The translations under genes and the position numbers were made by a program. The notes under the pieces are model-generated. The model was not told the origin of the DNA, did no database searches, and saw only the letters and a program-made list of their open reading frames with translations. A stretch of DNA of 51,696 nt from Chiloscyllium plagiosum (Eukaryota), in assembly GCF_004010195.1 (NCBI RefSeq), contig NC_057759.1, positions 7,181,746-7,233,441 on the forward strand, in the 5' to 3' direction. Position 1 is the stretch's first letter. Each line of letters begins with the position of its first letter. Shown here piece after piece: positions 34,380 to 47,195 of this stretch.

Positions 34380-37300
34380 CCTAAAAAACCGAGACAAATC
34401 ACAAGCATGCCCACAAACACAAACACACAGGTACTGACTGATTTAAACTGCGTTGCATATACACACGCTCTCTGAAGGCACAAATTTTAATGTTTACTAG
34501 CCATATCGCATGAACAGACAGGTATATTTTGGTGATTATGCTTATATATTGACAGAGCTGGAACTGACAGGCATATATTGTTAACTACACTCTGTTATAT
34601 GTCAGAATGAATCCCCTTCAAATATATCAATGAGATAGTCTGCAAACTATCTTTTATTTTGTGAAAGGCAAGTCTAAGGTGCTGTTTTCCAGATGTAAAT
34701 CAAATGGTCACACCACTAGACATTAAGTAAGACACACATTATTACTTATACGACAGTTAAAATACAAGCAGAAGAAAGGAGAATTGGCTTAACTTTAACT
34801 CAGTTGGGAAACTTAACAGAATGATAGATTATTTAACTGTTCAACAACAAATGTTCCAATATAGTGACTTCCCATAAACACAATCTTGGCAAAGGGAAAT
34901 TCAGTAAAGTAGCTTGTCTCACATATAATATTTCTCCAGTCCAGGTTAAAACAGCACCAAGAGAAAATTCTGACAGAAAGAGGATTTCAGCTTTTTGTTC
35001 TTCCTGGAAGAAATGAAACTGCTTCCACAGCCATTTGCAAAGCCCTAACAAATTAAAACAAACCTTACTCTGGTTCTGTGTGAGCCTGACTCCGTTCATT
35101 CATGCTGCTTTTGTTAGAACTTTTAAATGTAAAAACCAAGGTCTCACAAGCTGCTTAATTTATTAGGTTGGAAGAGATCGCTTTGCACTTCTGTCTTAAA
35201 GCCTCTCTTCAAATAATAAAGGCAAGATTTACCTAATAAAGCCATAATATCGTTACAACTCATAGACAGACATGGCCAAACTTGAAAGGTAGTTGACAAT
35301 ACCCACGTTAACATAGTCAAATAGAGAAAAACAACAGGAAGAAATTAACAACTGTATTTACATATTCACACGGCAGAGACGAACAGGGAGTGTTCATTAG
35401 CAAAACGCACCTATTGAAATAACAGAAACTGCCAGGTAGAGACTGATGAGGATAATTACATATTGATTGAAAACTAAATTTAAATCCACATCACAGAAAC
35501 AGACATGGACTGAAGCTGTTTGAGTATATGAATGCATTTAGCAATCAGTCCCTGTCTGTTTCTACTTTGTGGAGATGTGACTGTACCTGTCAGTTTCTGC
35601 TCTGTGAATATGTAAATACATATACAAGAGACTTGGAGGAACAGCTTGTAACTACACTCACACATTCACATAACCGAAACTGACAGGCAAAGATATATGA
35701 AAAACCTCTCAAAACTGCAGTGAGTAAAGAAAGCTAACAGGAACCGCTCGACAGTTGCACTCAAATATTCACAAAACAGAATCTCACACAGAATCTCAGA
35801 GGTACAGTTTGATAAATGCACTTACACATTTAGCTAGCAGAAACCGACAGATTTACATTGATATCTAAACTCATACATTGAAAGAGCAGAAAGTGACAGG
35901 CATAGGTGAATATCTGTATTCATATTAATGATGATACGCGGGCATTCACATGACAGAAACTGACAAGAATTTATCAATAATAAAATGTACATATTCACAT
36001 AGCAGAAGCTGTCAGGTACAGATTTCGAACTACACTCACATATTCACATAGTCTAAACTGACTGGGATATCTTGGAACTATATCCGGATATTCACCCTCA
36101 CCCATTCACATAGTATAAGCTGACAGGTACATATTTATATTTGGATATTCACATAGTCAAAACAGAAATGCAGAGAATGATAATTCACATTGCAAAAACT
36201 AACAAGACACAGATTGACAACTGCGTTTACATATTTACATGGTAGAGACTGATCGGGACAGATTGATAACTACACTCACATTCACCTAGCAAGGAACTGA
36301 CAGTTAGTAATTGCACTCACATTCATATACCAGAAACTGACAGGTGCAGATCGGTAATACTACTTTCAGTTTCACATAGTATAAAATGATAGGTGCAGAA
36401 TAAGAACTAGACTTTCAGATTCGCAGAGCAGAAACTGACAGGGTCAGATTGGTAACTACACTCACACATTTTCATTGCCGAAACTGACCATTTCAGTTTG
36501 AAGCTATACTCAAAATATTCACAGAGCAGGGAAAATTTGATAACTCCAGTCATACATTCATCATCAGATGCTGACAGGTCGCAGAGTCATAGAGTCATAG
36601 AGATGTACGGCATGGAGACAGATCCTCTGGTCCAACTTGATAATTAAATTCACATACTGGCATAGACAAAACTGACACCAATAATTGATAACTACACTCA
36701 CACACACTCATTGCAGAAACGAACAAGTGCAGATTGACAGGTACACACTCATGCCTGAAACTGACAAGGATAGATGGATGACTGTATTTCCATATTTGCA
36801 TAGCACAAGGCAGAAATTGAAAGGGGAAGTTTGATAAATGCACTCACACATTCACATTGCAGTGACTCACAAGGACAGATTGATAACAACTCACACAGTC
36901 ACATAATAGAAAGTGACAGGTACAGATTTAACACTAAACTCAAATACTCAAATAACAGAAATTGACACGAAGCAACATATAACTACACATATTTATTGCC
37001 ATCACTGAAACTGACCGAAATTTATTAATAAGTAAAGTCACATATTACATAGCAGAACTGAAGTTACATATCAATACTTAAACTCTTATATTCACACAGA
37101 ATAATGGACAGTTACGTTTTAATACCTAAACAGACACAATCACGGCAGAAACTGACAGATACAGATTGATTCTTGAATTGACATATTAACATAGCAGATA
37201 CTGGCAAGGACAGCTTGATTACTATATTTGAATATTCACCTGGAAGAGACTGACGTTAATAGATGGATAAATGAACGCACACATTCACGTCTCAGAAACT

Positions 37301-37710
37301 GAGGCATACAGACTGAGTTCTGCATATTCACATAGTGCAAACTAAACTCACACATCACAGAAACTGACAGGTATGGATTGATTGCCATTTTTATATATTC
37401 GTACATCAGAGACTGACGGACAGATTTATAAGGACATGCACATTCATACAACACAAACTGGTACAATTTGCTAATGACATACAAATAATCACATATCAGA
37501 TCTGACTGGTAGAGAGTGAGAACTACATGCTAACATTGACATTGCAGAAATGGACATTATTAAATTGATGAATAAACTCATTAATCACATAGGAGGAACC
37601 AACAGTTACATAGGGGTACCAAAAGTGCCACAATCACACTTCAGAAACTGACAAAACTGATTGTGAACTAAACTCGCATATTCACACAACAGAATTGACA
37701 GATACATAGA
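34380..37710. repeat. 49-bp degenerate tandem array (main block)
   Basis: Unit like attcacatagcagaaactgacaggtacagattgataactacactcacat; interrupted by solo LTR and a short CR1 tail at about 36583-36637. Confidence 0.9.
34593..35257 (-). mobile_element. Solo LTR, 665 bp, with 4-bp TSD
   Basis: TG..CA termini (tgttat..gttaca) flanked by actc at 34589-34592 and 35258-35261; AATAAA on minus strand near 34740; interrupts one array unit. Confidence 0.8.
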
Positions 37711-38400
37711 ACAGTGCAACACGCTACAGATTTTTCGTCCCTCAATATTGTGCCAGCCTTTTATCCTATTCTAAGATCAGACGTACCTACATAGCCTTCC
37801 AGGTACGAACTTCCGACAGTCGCTTAAATGTCCTTAATGTATCTGAATCTCCTACCACCAGTCCATTCGACGCACCCACAATTCTCTGATTAAAGAATCT
37901 ACCTCTGACAGTCCCCAAACCTTCTTCCGATTACCTTAAAATGATGCCCCCTCCTGATAGATATTTCTGCTATAGCAAAAAAAATCTCTGATTATCCACT
38001 CTATCTGTGTCTGTCAACAAGTTGTGCAGCTCCATCAAGTCACCACTCGTCCTTCTTTTCTCCAATGAGAGAGCCCTAGCATCCTCAACCTTTCGTCATA
38101 AAACACACCCTCCAATCCAGGAAGAATTCTTGTAAATCTCCTATGACCCTCTTGACAATTCCTCATCCTTCCCATAATGAGGCAAACAGAAGAGAACAGG
38201 ATATTCCAAGTGTCGTCTCAGCAGAACTCAATAGAGCTGCAGCATAACCTTGCAGCTCTTAAACTCATTTCTCCTTCCAATGAAACCCAGCACACCCAAC
38301 GCCTTCTTACCAACCCTATCAACCTAGCTGGCAACTTTGAGGGATCTATGGACATGGACCCCAATATCCCTCTGTTTGTGCATCAAACAGCCTTCCCCCA
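37705..38400 (-). mobile_element. CR1 3' ORF2 and UTR
   Basis: acatagaacagtgcaac tail; tccatcaagtcaccactcgtccttcttttctccaatgag is reverse of LERRR.RGDLIE. Confidence 0.85.
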
Positions 38401-38459
38401 AATGTATCACAATAACACACATATCCAAAGCCCCACCTTCTACATGAGCCTTGCATCCA

Positions 38460-38850
38460 GTCTGTATTCCTAGCCTGACTAGCCCATGACAGTGGTGGCA
38501 GTCTTGAGACTACTACTCTACTCATCCTGCCTTCTAACGATCAAACTAACTCCTATATTCTACTTTCAGGTCCTCCTCCCTTTGCCTATTGATGTCATTG
38601 GTACCAATGTGTACCACGACGTCTGACTGCTCTACCTACCACTTAAGAATCCTTTACACTCGATCTAAGACATCACTGATCCTGGCACCTTGGAGGCAAC
38701 ATAGTATCCGGGAGTCTTGCTCACAACGACAAAATATCCAGTCTTACCTCTCATGATTGAATCTCCTTTCACGATTGCTCTCCTATTCCTCCCCCTTCCC
38801 TTATGAGCCACAGAGCCAGGGTGAGTGCCAGAATCCTGGCCAGAAACTAA
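38460..38850 (-). mobile_element. CR1 ORF1 SGNH-esterase-like fragment
   Basis: RRAIVKGDSIMRG, CCLQGARISDV, DVVVHIGTNDI. Confidence 0.85.
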
Positions 38851-38859
38851 TGCCATAAC

Positions 38860-38980
38860 ATATTGATACCTAATTTTACATAATCACATTGCAGAAACAG
38901 ACATGTAAATATTCAGAACGACACTCATATACTCGCATAATAGAAACATTCAAACACAAATTGAGAACAATATTTACATA
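38860..38980. repeat. 49-bp array, middle remnant
   Basis: acataatcacattgcagaaacagacatg..actcgcataatagaaac. Confidence 0.75.
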
Positions 38981-39470
38981 GTCATGAAGTCATAGAGACG
39001 TATAGCACAGAAACAGAGCTTTCAATTCTATTGATCCATGCTGACCAGATAACTTCAATTAATCTAGTCCCATTTGCCAGAATTTGGCCGAGATCCCTCT
39101 AAATCCTTCCTATTCATATACCTGTTCAGATGTCCTTTAAATGTTGTAATTGTACCATCCTCCAACACATTGCCTGGCAGCTCATTCCATACACATATCA
39201 GCCTCTGTGTGAAAAAAAAGTTGACCTACAGGTGTCTTGTTAGTATATCTCATTTCAGCTTAAACCTATACTGTCTAGTTTTGTACTCAGCTACCCTGTC
39301 TTTTCACTCTATCCATGCCCCTCATGTTTTTATAAACTTATTTAAGGCTGCCACTCAGCCTCTGTTGCCCCAGGGATAACACCCATTGTTTATTCAGACT
39401 CACACCCTTTAACCCCAACAACAGCCTTGTTCATCTTTTTCAATTTCAAGTTTCACAGCTTCCTTCATAT
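38981..39470 (-). mobile_element. CR1 3' end, continued at 41830-42395
   Basis: gtcatagagacgtatagcacagaaac tail; ctggcagctcattccatacac. Confidence 0.85.
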
Positions 39471-40122
39471 TAGGATTTTTGAGAAGATTTGTAGCTCAAG
39501 TCGATAAGTATGTGAGTTAGCTCAATAAGTTGAAAGGTTAGTCCCCAAATGTTCGTCACAATAATAAGCAACATCATCAGTTTCTGGTGAAGCGCTGGAG
39601 CCATGTCCCAGCACTCTATTTATAGGTCTTGGTTGCTAAAGGTAGGTGATGACATTTCCGATTCATTTATTTCAAGGGAAGGTAGATGGGATCTAATTAG
39701 ATGTATTTATTGATGGCGTTCTGATTAGAATGCCATGTCTCTAAGATTTCTCGTGCATGTCTTTGTTTTGCCTGTCATAGGATGTGTTTGTTGACCCAGT
39801 CAAAGTAGTGTCCTTCTTTGTCTCTATGTATGGAATCTGGTGGCTATAGTTTTTGGTTGTGCTGTGTCTGCTTTCTTAGATTTATTTCTGAGGAATCAGC
39901 GGATGTGCACATTGTGTACCCATTTTTCTTGATAACGTTGCATAGATTTTTTTCTGCTATTTACAGTTCTTGGGTGCTGCAGTGTGATGAAGCTCGTTGA
40001 AATAATTACTTGATGCAACGTTTGTGGGTGTTGCGATTAATGCTTCTGAAGTTAAGTATTTAGCCTGCTTTTGTTGCTTTTTTTTCTGTAGATGCTGGTT
40101 TGAAACTGTTGGTTAACAGTAA
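39471..40122 (-). mobile_element. Penelope-like element 3' portion with complete terminus
   Basis: Reverse-complement homolog of 40980-41830 with internal deletion; ctgatgatgttgc..gtgacgaacatt core at 39548-39580; extra terminal gagctacaaatcttctcaaaaatc. Confidence 0.85.
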
Positions 40123-41830
40123 TAATTCCCTCAGACAAGGGGCGCATGACCATTATTTTAAACAAATCAGACTATCTTAAAACGGCAAATGCTCTCCTTG
40201 CACATACTGACAGTTGCCAGCAGTTGGCGATGGACCTGACTCCACAACTACAAAACAGAATTTCATCCTTTCTAACAGGACTTTAAAAATCAAGAGAATT
40301 AAACATGACAGACTTCCAGACTATGAAACCAGATCGATCTAACACACCATGCTTCTATGTGTAGGGCACTTCTGAGACCCACAGTCTCCCTACTTGGTAC
40401 ACCAACGTACAGATTAACCAAGGAACTCCCTCAAAAACTGAAATACCTTATTGAAGATTCACGCCCCTCCATTCACTCCACCCAAGAATTCCTGAACACA
40501 CACCACGATAGAAGAGGATGGAATAATGGTCTCCTTTGATGTTACAGCCCTTTTCAAATCAATTAACATCGACCTGGCCAAAGAAAAACTGACATCACCT
40601 ATAGGAAAACGAGGACCACAAGCATCAGACACCATCAACTTCATCAGCAAAGCCAACATTCTCAAGCTAGTGGACGTGTGCCTCACGACCCACTTTATAT
40701 TCAAGAACAAAACCTGCAATCAAGTCAACGGAACACCCATAGGATCACCAATATAAGGGCTCATAGTAGAAGCAGTAATACAGAGACTTGAACAAGCTGC
40801 CCTCCCATCTATCCAACCCAAACTTTGGGCCCATAATGACGACACATTTGTCATCACAACACAGAACAAATTAGAGGAAACATTCAACACCATCAACAAT
40901 ATCCTGACAGGCATAAAATTCACGAAAGAAGAGGAGAACGACAACATACTCCCATTCCTCGGCGTGACAGATGAACGTACAGTTAATAGAGAGATTCAAA
41001 CCAGCCTCTACAGAAAAATAACACAGACGGACTAAAAACTTAACTTCAGAAGCAATCATCCCAACATCCACAAATGAAGCTGCATCAAGACATTATTTCA
41101 ACGAGCTACATCACACTGCAGCACCCAAGAACTACAAACAGCAGAAGAAAAAAAAATCTATGTACCGTTTTCAAGAAAAACTGGTACCCAATAAACACAA
41201 TCACTACACAACCAAAACCTACAGCCACATTAGCTTACATCAAAGATATATCAGAAATGACTTCGAGACGATTTAGGCCAGTTGGCATCAAATCTACAGA
41301 CCACTAACCTACCAAAATGCTTAAGCAGCGACTAAAACATAAAGGATCCATTTGATACTCCCAGCAAAACTAACGTCATTTACAGGATATCACGAAAGAA
41401 CTGTAAAAAAAGATGACATCGGAAATACAAGCAGGAAACCTAGCACCAGGATGCATGAACATCAATTAGCCACCAAAAGACATGACCCACGATCACCAGT
41501 TTCCATACGTACAGTTAAAGAAGGACACCACTTTGACTGTAGCAACACGCATATCCTAGGACAGGCGAAACAGAGACACGTATGAGAATTCTAAGAGACA
41601 TAGCATTCTAACCAAAACTCCATGAATAAACAGATCGATTAAGATCCCATCTATCTTCCCTTGCAAAAAGAACCACAAATTACATCAGCCAACTTCAGAA
41701 AAAGACATATAAATAGATAGGCGGGACATACCACCAGCACAGACACTCTCACTTATGATGTTACCTAGTCATGGTGACGAAACGTCTGAAAACATACATT
41801 CCAGCTCAGCGAACTAACTTGGATACTTAC
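40123..41830 (+). mobile_element. Penelope-like element RT, GIY-YIG and pLTR (degenerate)
   Basis: IIPSDKGRMTIILNKSDY, MVSFDVTALFKSI, GTPIGSPI, DDTFVI, IKFTKEEE..LPFL, IGNTSRKPSTRMHEHQLA, ILGQAKQRH. Confidence 0.92.
41752..41787 (+). ncRNA. Putative minimal hammerhead ribozyme (one core change)
   Basis: cttatga-t-gttacc-tagtcat-ggtgac-gaaacgtc. Confidence 0.55.
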
Positions 41831-42395
41831 ATCTCTCCGATATCACAGAGACCAGCATTTAACGCAAGACTTTAAACGTAGCCTCACACATCTCCTGTGT
41901 AGCCACGACATGGCATCCTGTACTCAATGCACTGACTAATGATGGCAAGTGTGCCAAACGACTTCTTCATTACCCTGTCTACATGCGACTCTACTTGCCT
42001 GCACTATGAATCTGTAACCCGAGTTCGATTTCTTTGGCAATACTCCCCATTCAGTGTTTCAATTCTGCCCTGATTTGTCTTCGCAAAATGCAGCACCTCA
42101 CATTTCTCTAAATTATACTTCATTGGCCCATCTGACCACGATATAATTGTACTTTGAAGCAACCTTTCCCACTGTCAGTTGCAACACCAATTTTGGTGTC
42201 ACCTTCAAATTCACTAACCATACTTCCTTTATTCACATCCCAATGATTTATATAAATGGCACACCACTGCTCAGCCTGAAAGAAACACTCCACCAGCACC
42301 CTCTCTCTCTAACTGACAAATTAATTTTGAATCCAAATGGGTATTTCTCTCTCCCTATTTTCTGCGTGATCTAATTTTGCTAATCGGACTACCAA
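41831..42395 (-). mobile_element. CR1 ORF2 continuation
   Basis: aaaatgcagcacctcacatttctc (KCEVLHF), ccaattttggtgtcaccttcaaat (F.DDTKIG). Confidence 0.8.
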
Positions 42396-42399
42396 ACCC

Positions 42400-42990
42400 A
42401 CATAGTCACAAATTCAAAATTGACAGGCAGGGAATGGTAAACACATTCACTCATTCATTTTGCACAACTGATAGTTGCAGAGTGACAACTTCACTCAAGA
42501 ATGGAGAGACACAATCTGACATGAACAGCTCGAAAACTGAACTTTGATTTTCATATTACAGCTAGAGATTGATAACTAAACTCACGCAATCACAAATGTG
42601 AAATATTCGAGAGGTACGTATTCATATCCGCAGTCATACTTTTGCAATGCAGTAATTGACAGGGACAGTTTGACAATGCTCACGTGATCGCATGACAGTA
42701 ACTGACAGAATCAGACAGATAACTGTCTTGACTGATTTACATTGCACAAACTGACACGAACAGGTTGATAACGGGTCTCCAATATTCACATAGCAGAAAT
42801 GAACATGAACAGATTGATAACTCGACTCACATTGACACAACAGAGGCTGACGGGCAAAGTCCCATAACTGCAGTCAAGTATTCACATAGTAGAAACTAAC
42901 ATAGACCCATTTGTAAATGCATTTACACATTCACACAGCAGAGAATGACAGGTACAGATTGATAGCTGCACTCGCACATTCACATTACTG
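42400..42990. repeat. 49-bp array, distal block
   Basis: cattcacacagcagagaatgacaggtacagattgatagctgcactcgca and similar units, same orientation as main block. Confidence 0.85.
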
Positions 42991-43004
42991 ATAGAGAGAG
43001 ATAT

Positions 43005-43136
43005 AGATCACCCGGCGGAATCAGACACGGAGACAGGGAGAATGTGCGAGCTTCACACAGGCTGTCGCCCAAGGGTGGAGTCCACGCCCGATCCCTGGCA
43101 CTATGAGGCAGCAGTGCTAACCACTGAACCACCGTG
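43005..43136 (-). mobile_element. HE1/V-SINE-like SINE 5' part
   Basis: Minus strand cacggtggttcagtggttagcactgctgcctcatagtgccaggga. Confidence 0.85.
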
Positions 43137-44502
43137 GACACCCAATTTAAGAACAGGGGTAAGGAAAAGACAGGGAAATATAGACCAGTGAGCCTGACGC
43201 CACTGGTGGGTATGTTTTTGGGGAAAATTCTGTGGGTCTGGATTTACAGGAATTTGAAACTCGCTTCCAAGTCACTCCAGTCCTCGATTCCGGACCATGC
43301 CAAGCACTCATTTCCAGGCCATACTGGGCACTCACCTGCAGTCTGCTCCAGTCCCCACCTGGGTTAATGTCCCTCAGCTTTCACATGGACAATACTTCTG
43401 ACTAATGCGCAGACCATAAACCAGTTCAAGCTCTGATCTCTCCCATTCCCCGACTAGCCTTCGCCTCTGTTGACATTTAGCATCTACCATCTGACAGAAC
43501 CTAAGGCCTCTCTGGAGTTGAAGCTCCTACAAAGCACTTTCAACAAACATCACCCTGCAATTAACGTCCAGGCCTGGCCTCTGAAACAAATAATAATTTT
43601 TAAAACAAAAAAAACTACTGCAGCTCACAGTCCAAATGTTGCTTTTAGCTCTCAGCTCAGTTTTAGATCTGAAATGTATAAATAATTGCTCAGTAAAGCT
43701 ATTAATGGAGATGACTAAAAGGCAGGTATGCAGACTTTGGTCAGAAGTCAGCCATGATCTCATTCAACGGTGGATTAGGCTCGAGGTGCTGAATGTCCTC
43801 CTGTTTCTTTGTTCCTCTAAGTTTCAAGCCAAAAGTGATACAAGGAATTAAAAATCAGCAAAGGTTCTAACATGATAGATTTTGTTGCATCTGAATCCTT
43901 GAATATTTTTCGGTTCTGGTGGTTTCATTCTATTCTGTATAAAATAGAACTAGTGAAAAGCTTTTAATTTGGAATTGTAGTCTTTTTTTAACAAAAAAAT
44001 GATGTGGGCCATTATACAATTGCATCATCTTCACAGTTCTAATCTGGATCAATTTGCAAATAGTTATTTTGATCATTGATAAATTTGCAGTTCAGCTGCT
44101 CAGCAAAAATACTTAAACGGTTCGGAAATGATGTGGTTTTTTTTGCAGCTGTGAACTTGAATGGCTATCATGTAACATCTTATGATTGTCCAGCTTCACA
44201 GATTCACTTTGGATTCTCAGAGGCAGCGTGTTCAAGGCCATACTGACACTGCATGCTATTGGACTCATTCAACTATTGACTTTTGTAGTGCATAATGATA
44301 TGAATACACATTTGTTCCACGTTTGTTTTTGTTGTGACAGAGAAGGTATAAGGTAGAGATATGCACATACTCTGGAGCGAGTGTGGTTTCAATATTTAAA
44401 CTTCAGCTGACAAGTCAACTACAGCCACAATATCACAGACTACCTAGACATTGCATTGCACAGCTAGAAATAAAAGTCAGAGCCCTGTTAAAAATAGTCC
44501 AA

Positions 44503-45025
44503 ATGTGGTGCTGGAAAAGCACAACAGGTCAGGCAACATCCGAGGAGCAGTAGAGTCTACGTTGCAGGTATAAGCTCTTCATCAGGAATGTTGGGGTGGA
44601 TGAAGGTGAGAGATTAATAGGAGGGTAGGACGGAAGGTAGCTGAGAAGGCAATAGGTAGATGGGGGTGATAATGATAGTTTAGAGAGGAGGATGGGTGGA
44701 TAAGTAGGAAGGAAGATGGGCAGGTAGGGCAACTCAAGAGTGCAGTGCCAAGTTGAAGGATTGAATCTGGATAGAGGTGGGAGAATAGGAAAACGATGAT
44801 GTCTGTATTGAAGAGCCCCAAAGGCAGAAGGTAAGGCGTTCTTCCTCCAATCATCAGTATTCTCTATGCCAACATGTCCACATCACTCCCCCACATTCCT
44901 GAAGAAGGGCTTATGCCTGAAATAGTAATTCTCCTGCTTCTCGGATGCTGCCGAAACGCTGTGCTTTTCCAGCGCCAGACGTTTCAACTCTGATCTCCAG
45001 CATCTCCAGTCCTCACTTTCTCTCT
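44503..45025. mobile_element. PLE asymmetric inverted repeat (minus pLTR plus GIY-YIG end, then plus pLTR with full terminus)
   Basis: 44503-44855 is reverse homolog of 33270-33640; ctgaagaagggcttatgcctgaaa at 44899; ends ctccagcatctccagtcctcactttctc. Confidence 0.8.
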
Positions 45026-45054
45026 TTTAAAGGTAACATACTCTGTGCAATTTC

Positions 45055-45147
45055 TGGATCAGTGGTGCTGGAAGAGCACAGCAATTCAGGCAGCGTCCAA
45101 CGAGCAGCGAAATCGACGTTTCAGGCAAAAGCCCTTCATCAGGAATG
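45055..45147 (-). mobile_element. PLE terminal-repeat fragment
   Basis: gtggtgctggaagagcacagcaattcaggcagc..gacgtttcaggcaaaagcccttcatcaggaat. Confidence 0.85.
45113..45146 (-). ncRNA. Putative minimal hammerhead ribozyme with intact core
   Basis: attc-CTGATGA-agggc-tttt-gcct-GAAA-cGTC-ga. Confidence 0.65.
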
Positions 45148-45649
45148 TACGGCTGCTAAAAATTTCATTATTTCACACGTTTCAAAAGAAAGTATTAAGG
45201 TTAAATTACGTGCTCCTTTGGCTGATCATTATGTCATTATCTTGTGAACTTAATTTGCCATGGGGGAATAGCATAAGAACACAGGAAATAGCCTTCGCTC
45301 ACACAACAGTGTGTCCATTCCACGAATCAGCTAAGTAAACCTTCTCTGAACTGCCTCTAATGAAACAACATATATCCTTAAATACTAAGAGCAAAACTGC
45401 TTGCAGTACTCCCTTGCACTGCCCACCTCAAGTCCCTTTGTTCTTTAGCTTTTTGCAGTTCACAACCTATGCTGTTCAGTCACTCATAGAATCAGATTAC
45501 TGATCATTTTCAAGCATTCTGATTTGGGACACAACAGAATTGACAACATCAACTGCGAGAGAAAGAGAACACATTGAGTTTGGAGACACAAAAGACGAGA
45601 GAACGGAAGCCAACCAACTCTCGACCACATTCGTAGGTTCATTAGATGT

Positions 45650-47195
45650 AGTAGCAGAATTAGGCTATTTGACCCATCATGTCAGCTTCGCCATTCGCTC
45701 ATTCGGATGTGCTCCTCGGTCCCATTTTCCTGCCTTCTCTCCATATACTTTCAACCAATTACCAATTAAAAATCTGTCGAACCCCTCCATAAATTTGCTT
45801 TCTGTCCCAGCATCCACCACACTTTGAGGCAGCAAATTCCATAGATTCACAACCCTTTGAGAGAAGTAGTGTCCCCTAAATTCTGTTTAAACGTGTTACC
45901 CCGTATCCTAAAGCTTTGACCTCTCAGCCTATAATGTTCCAGAAGAAGAAGCACCTGCTCCACATCTGTTCAGGGTTGAAACAGTGCCTTAGTGGTAAGC
46001 ATTGCTGCCTCATAGTGCCAGGAATGCAGGTTCGATTCCAGCCTCAGGTGGCCGTCTCTGTGGAGTTTACACATTCTCCCTGTGTCTGCGTGAGTTTTCT
46101 CTGGGTGCTCTGGTTTCCTCTAACAATCCAAAGATGTACAGGTTAGGACAAATGGCCACGATAATTTGTCCATATTGTTCAGGCATACATAGCTTATGTG
46201 CATTAGTCAGGTGTAAATATACTGGAGTGGGTTACTCTTCAGAAATATGATGTGAACCTGTTGGATCAACTTGCCTGTTTCCGCACTGTAGGGATTCTGT
46301 GATATTATCCACAACACTTATCATCTTGAGTAGTTCAATTTGATCTCCACTCATTCTTCTAAATTCCAGAGAGTATGAGGCTAAACTGTTCAATCTCTCT
46401 TCATATAACAAACGACTCACCTCTGGGATGAATCGAATGAACTTTCTCTGAACTGCATTCAATGCCATTGCATATTTCCTCGAATATGGGGACCAAAACT
46501 GTGCACAATACTCCAGGTGTGCTCTCACCAATGCCTTGCATAATTGCAACAATACTTTCTTACTTTTATATTCTATTCCCTTAGCTAAAAAAAGCCAACT
46601 AACCATTCGCCTTCTTTTATTATCTACTGCAACTGTATGCCAGTTTTTTGCTTCTCATGAACAAGGACAACTAGATCCCTGTGCATTGGAGCACCCTGAA
46701 GTCTCTCCCCTTTTAAACAATTGGTCACCTTCCCATTTTTCTGACAAAATGCTTGACTTCACACTTGTCTACGCTCAACTCCATCTGCCACATTCTAGAC
46801 CACTCCCAACTTGTCTGTATCCAATTGTAAGGTGCTTATCCCCTCATCGCAATTTACCATCCTACCTATTTTTGCATCATCTGTAATTATGGTGATGGAC
46901 TTATATCACAGTATCCACGTTGATAATCGAGATTGCAAATAACTGAGGTCTAAGAACCGAACCCTGTGGCACTCCACTAGTTATTTCTTGCCAACCAGAA
47001 AGTAAATCGTTTATCCTGACTCTTTGTCTACTGACCATTAGACAGTCATTTATCCAAGCTAATAAAGTACCCCAATCTCATATAATCAAACCTTGCGAAT
47101 TACCCTTTTGTGCAGCACCTCAGCAAATGCCTTCCAGGAGTCCAGATATAGTACATGTACAGGATCCACATTATTCACTTTGCTTGTGAAATCTT
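45650..47195 (-). mobile_element. CR1 ORF2 RT to 3' UTR, interrupted by a SINE
   Basis: GIEYKSKKVLLQLCKALVRAHLEYCAQFWSPY, SGVPQGSVL, YLDSWKAFAEVLHKRV. Confidence 0.9.
45973..46283 (+). mobile_element. HE1/V-SINE-like SINE
   Basis: agtggtaagcattgctgcctcatagtgccagg, ggttcgattcc, ctgtggagtttacacattctccctgtgtctgcgtg, gcctgtttccgcactgtagggattctgtg. Confidence 0.88.

Noticed and set aside
34380..37710. CRISPR-like repeat-spacer interpretation of the arrays
   Set aside because: Whole units are homologous with no unique spacers, no cas genes, vertebrate context
44183..44192. miR-219 homolog (tgattgtcca)
   Set aside because: Only the first 10 nt match, the rest differs and it lies on the 3' arm
45973..46045. 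tRNA gene
   Set aside because: A/B boxes belong to a SINE head followed by SINE body and tail; same for 14820-14892, 20690-20765 and 43070-43136
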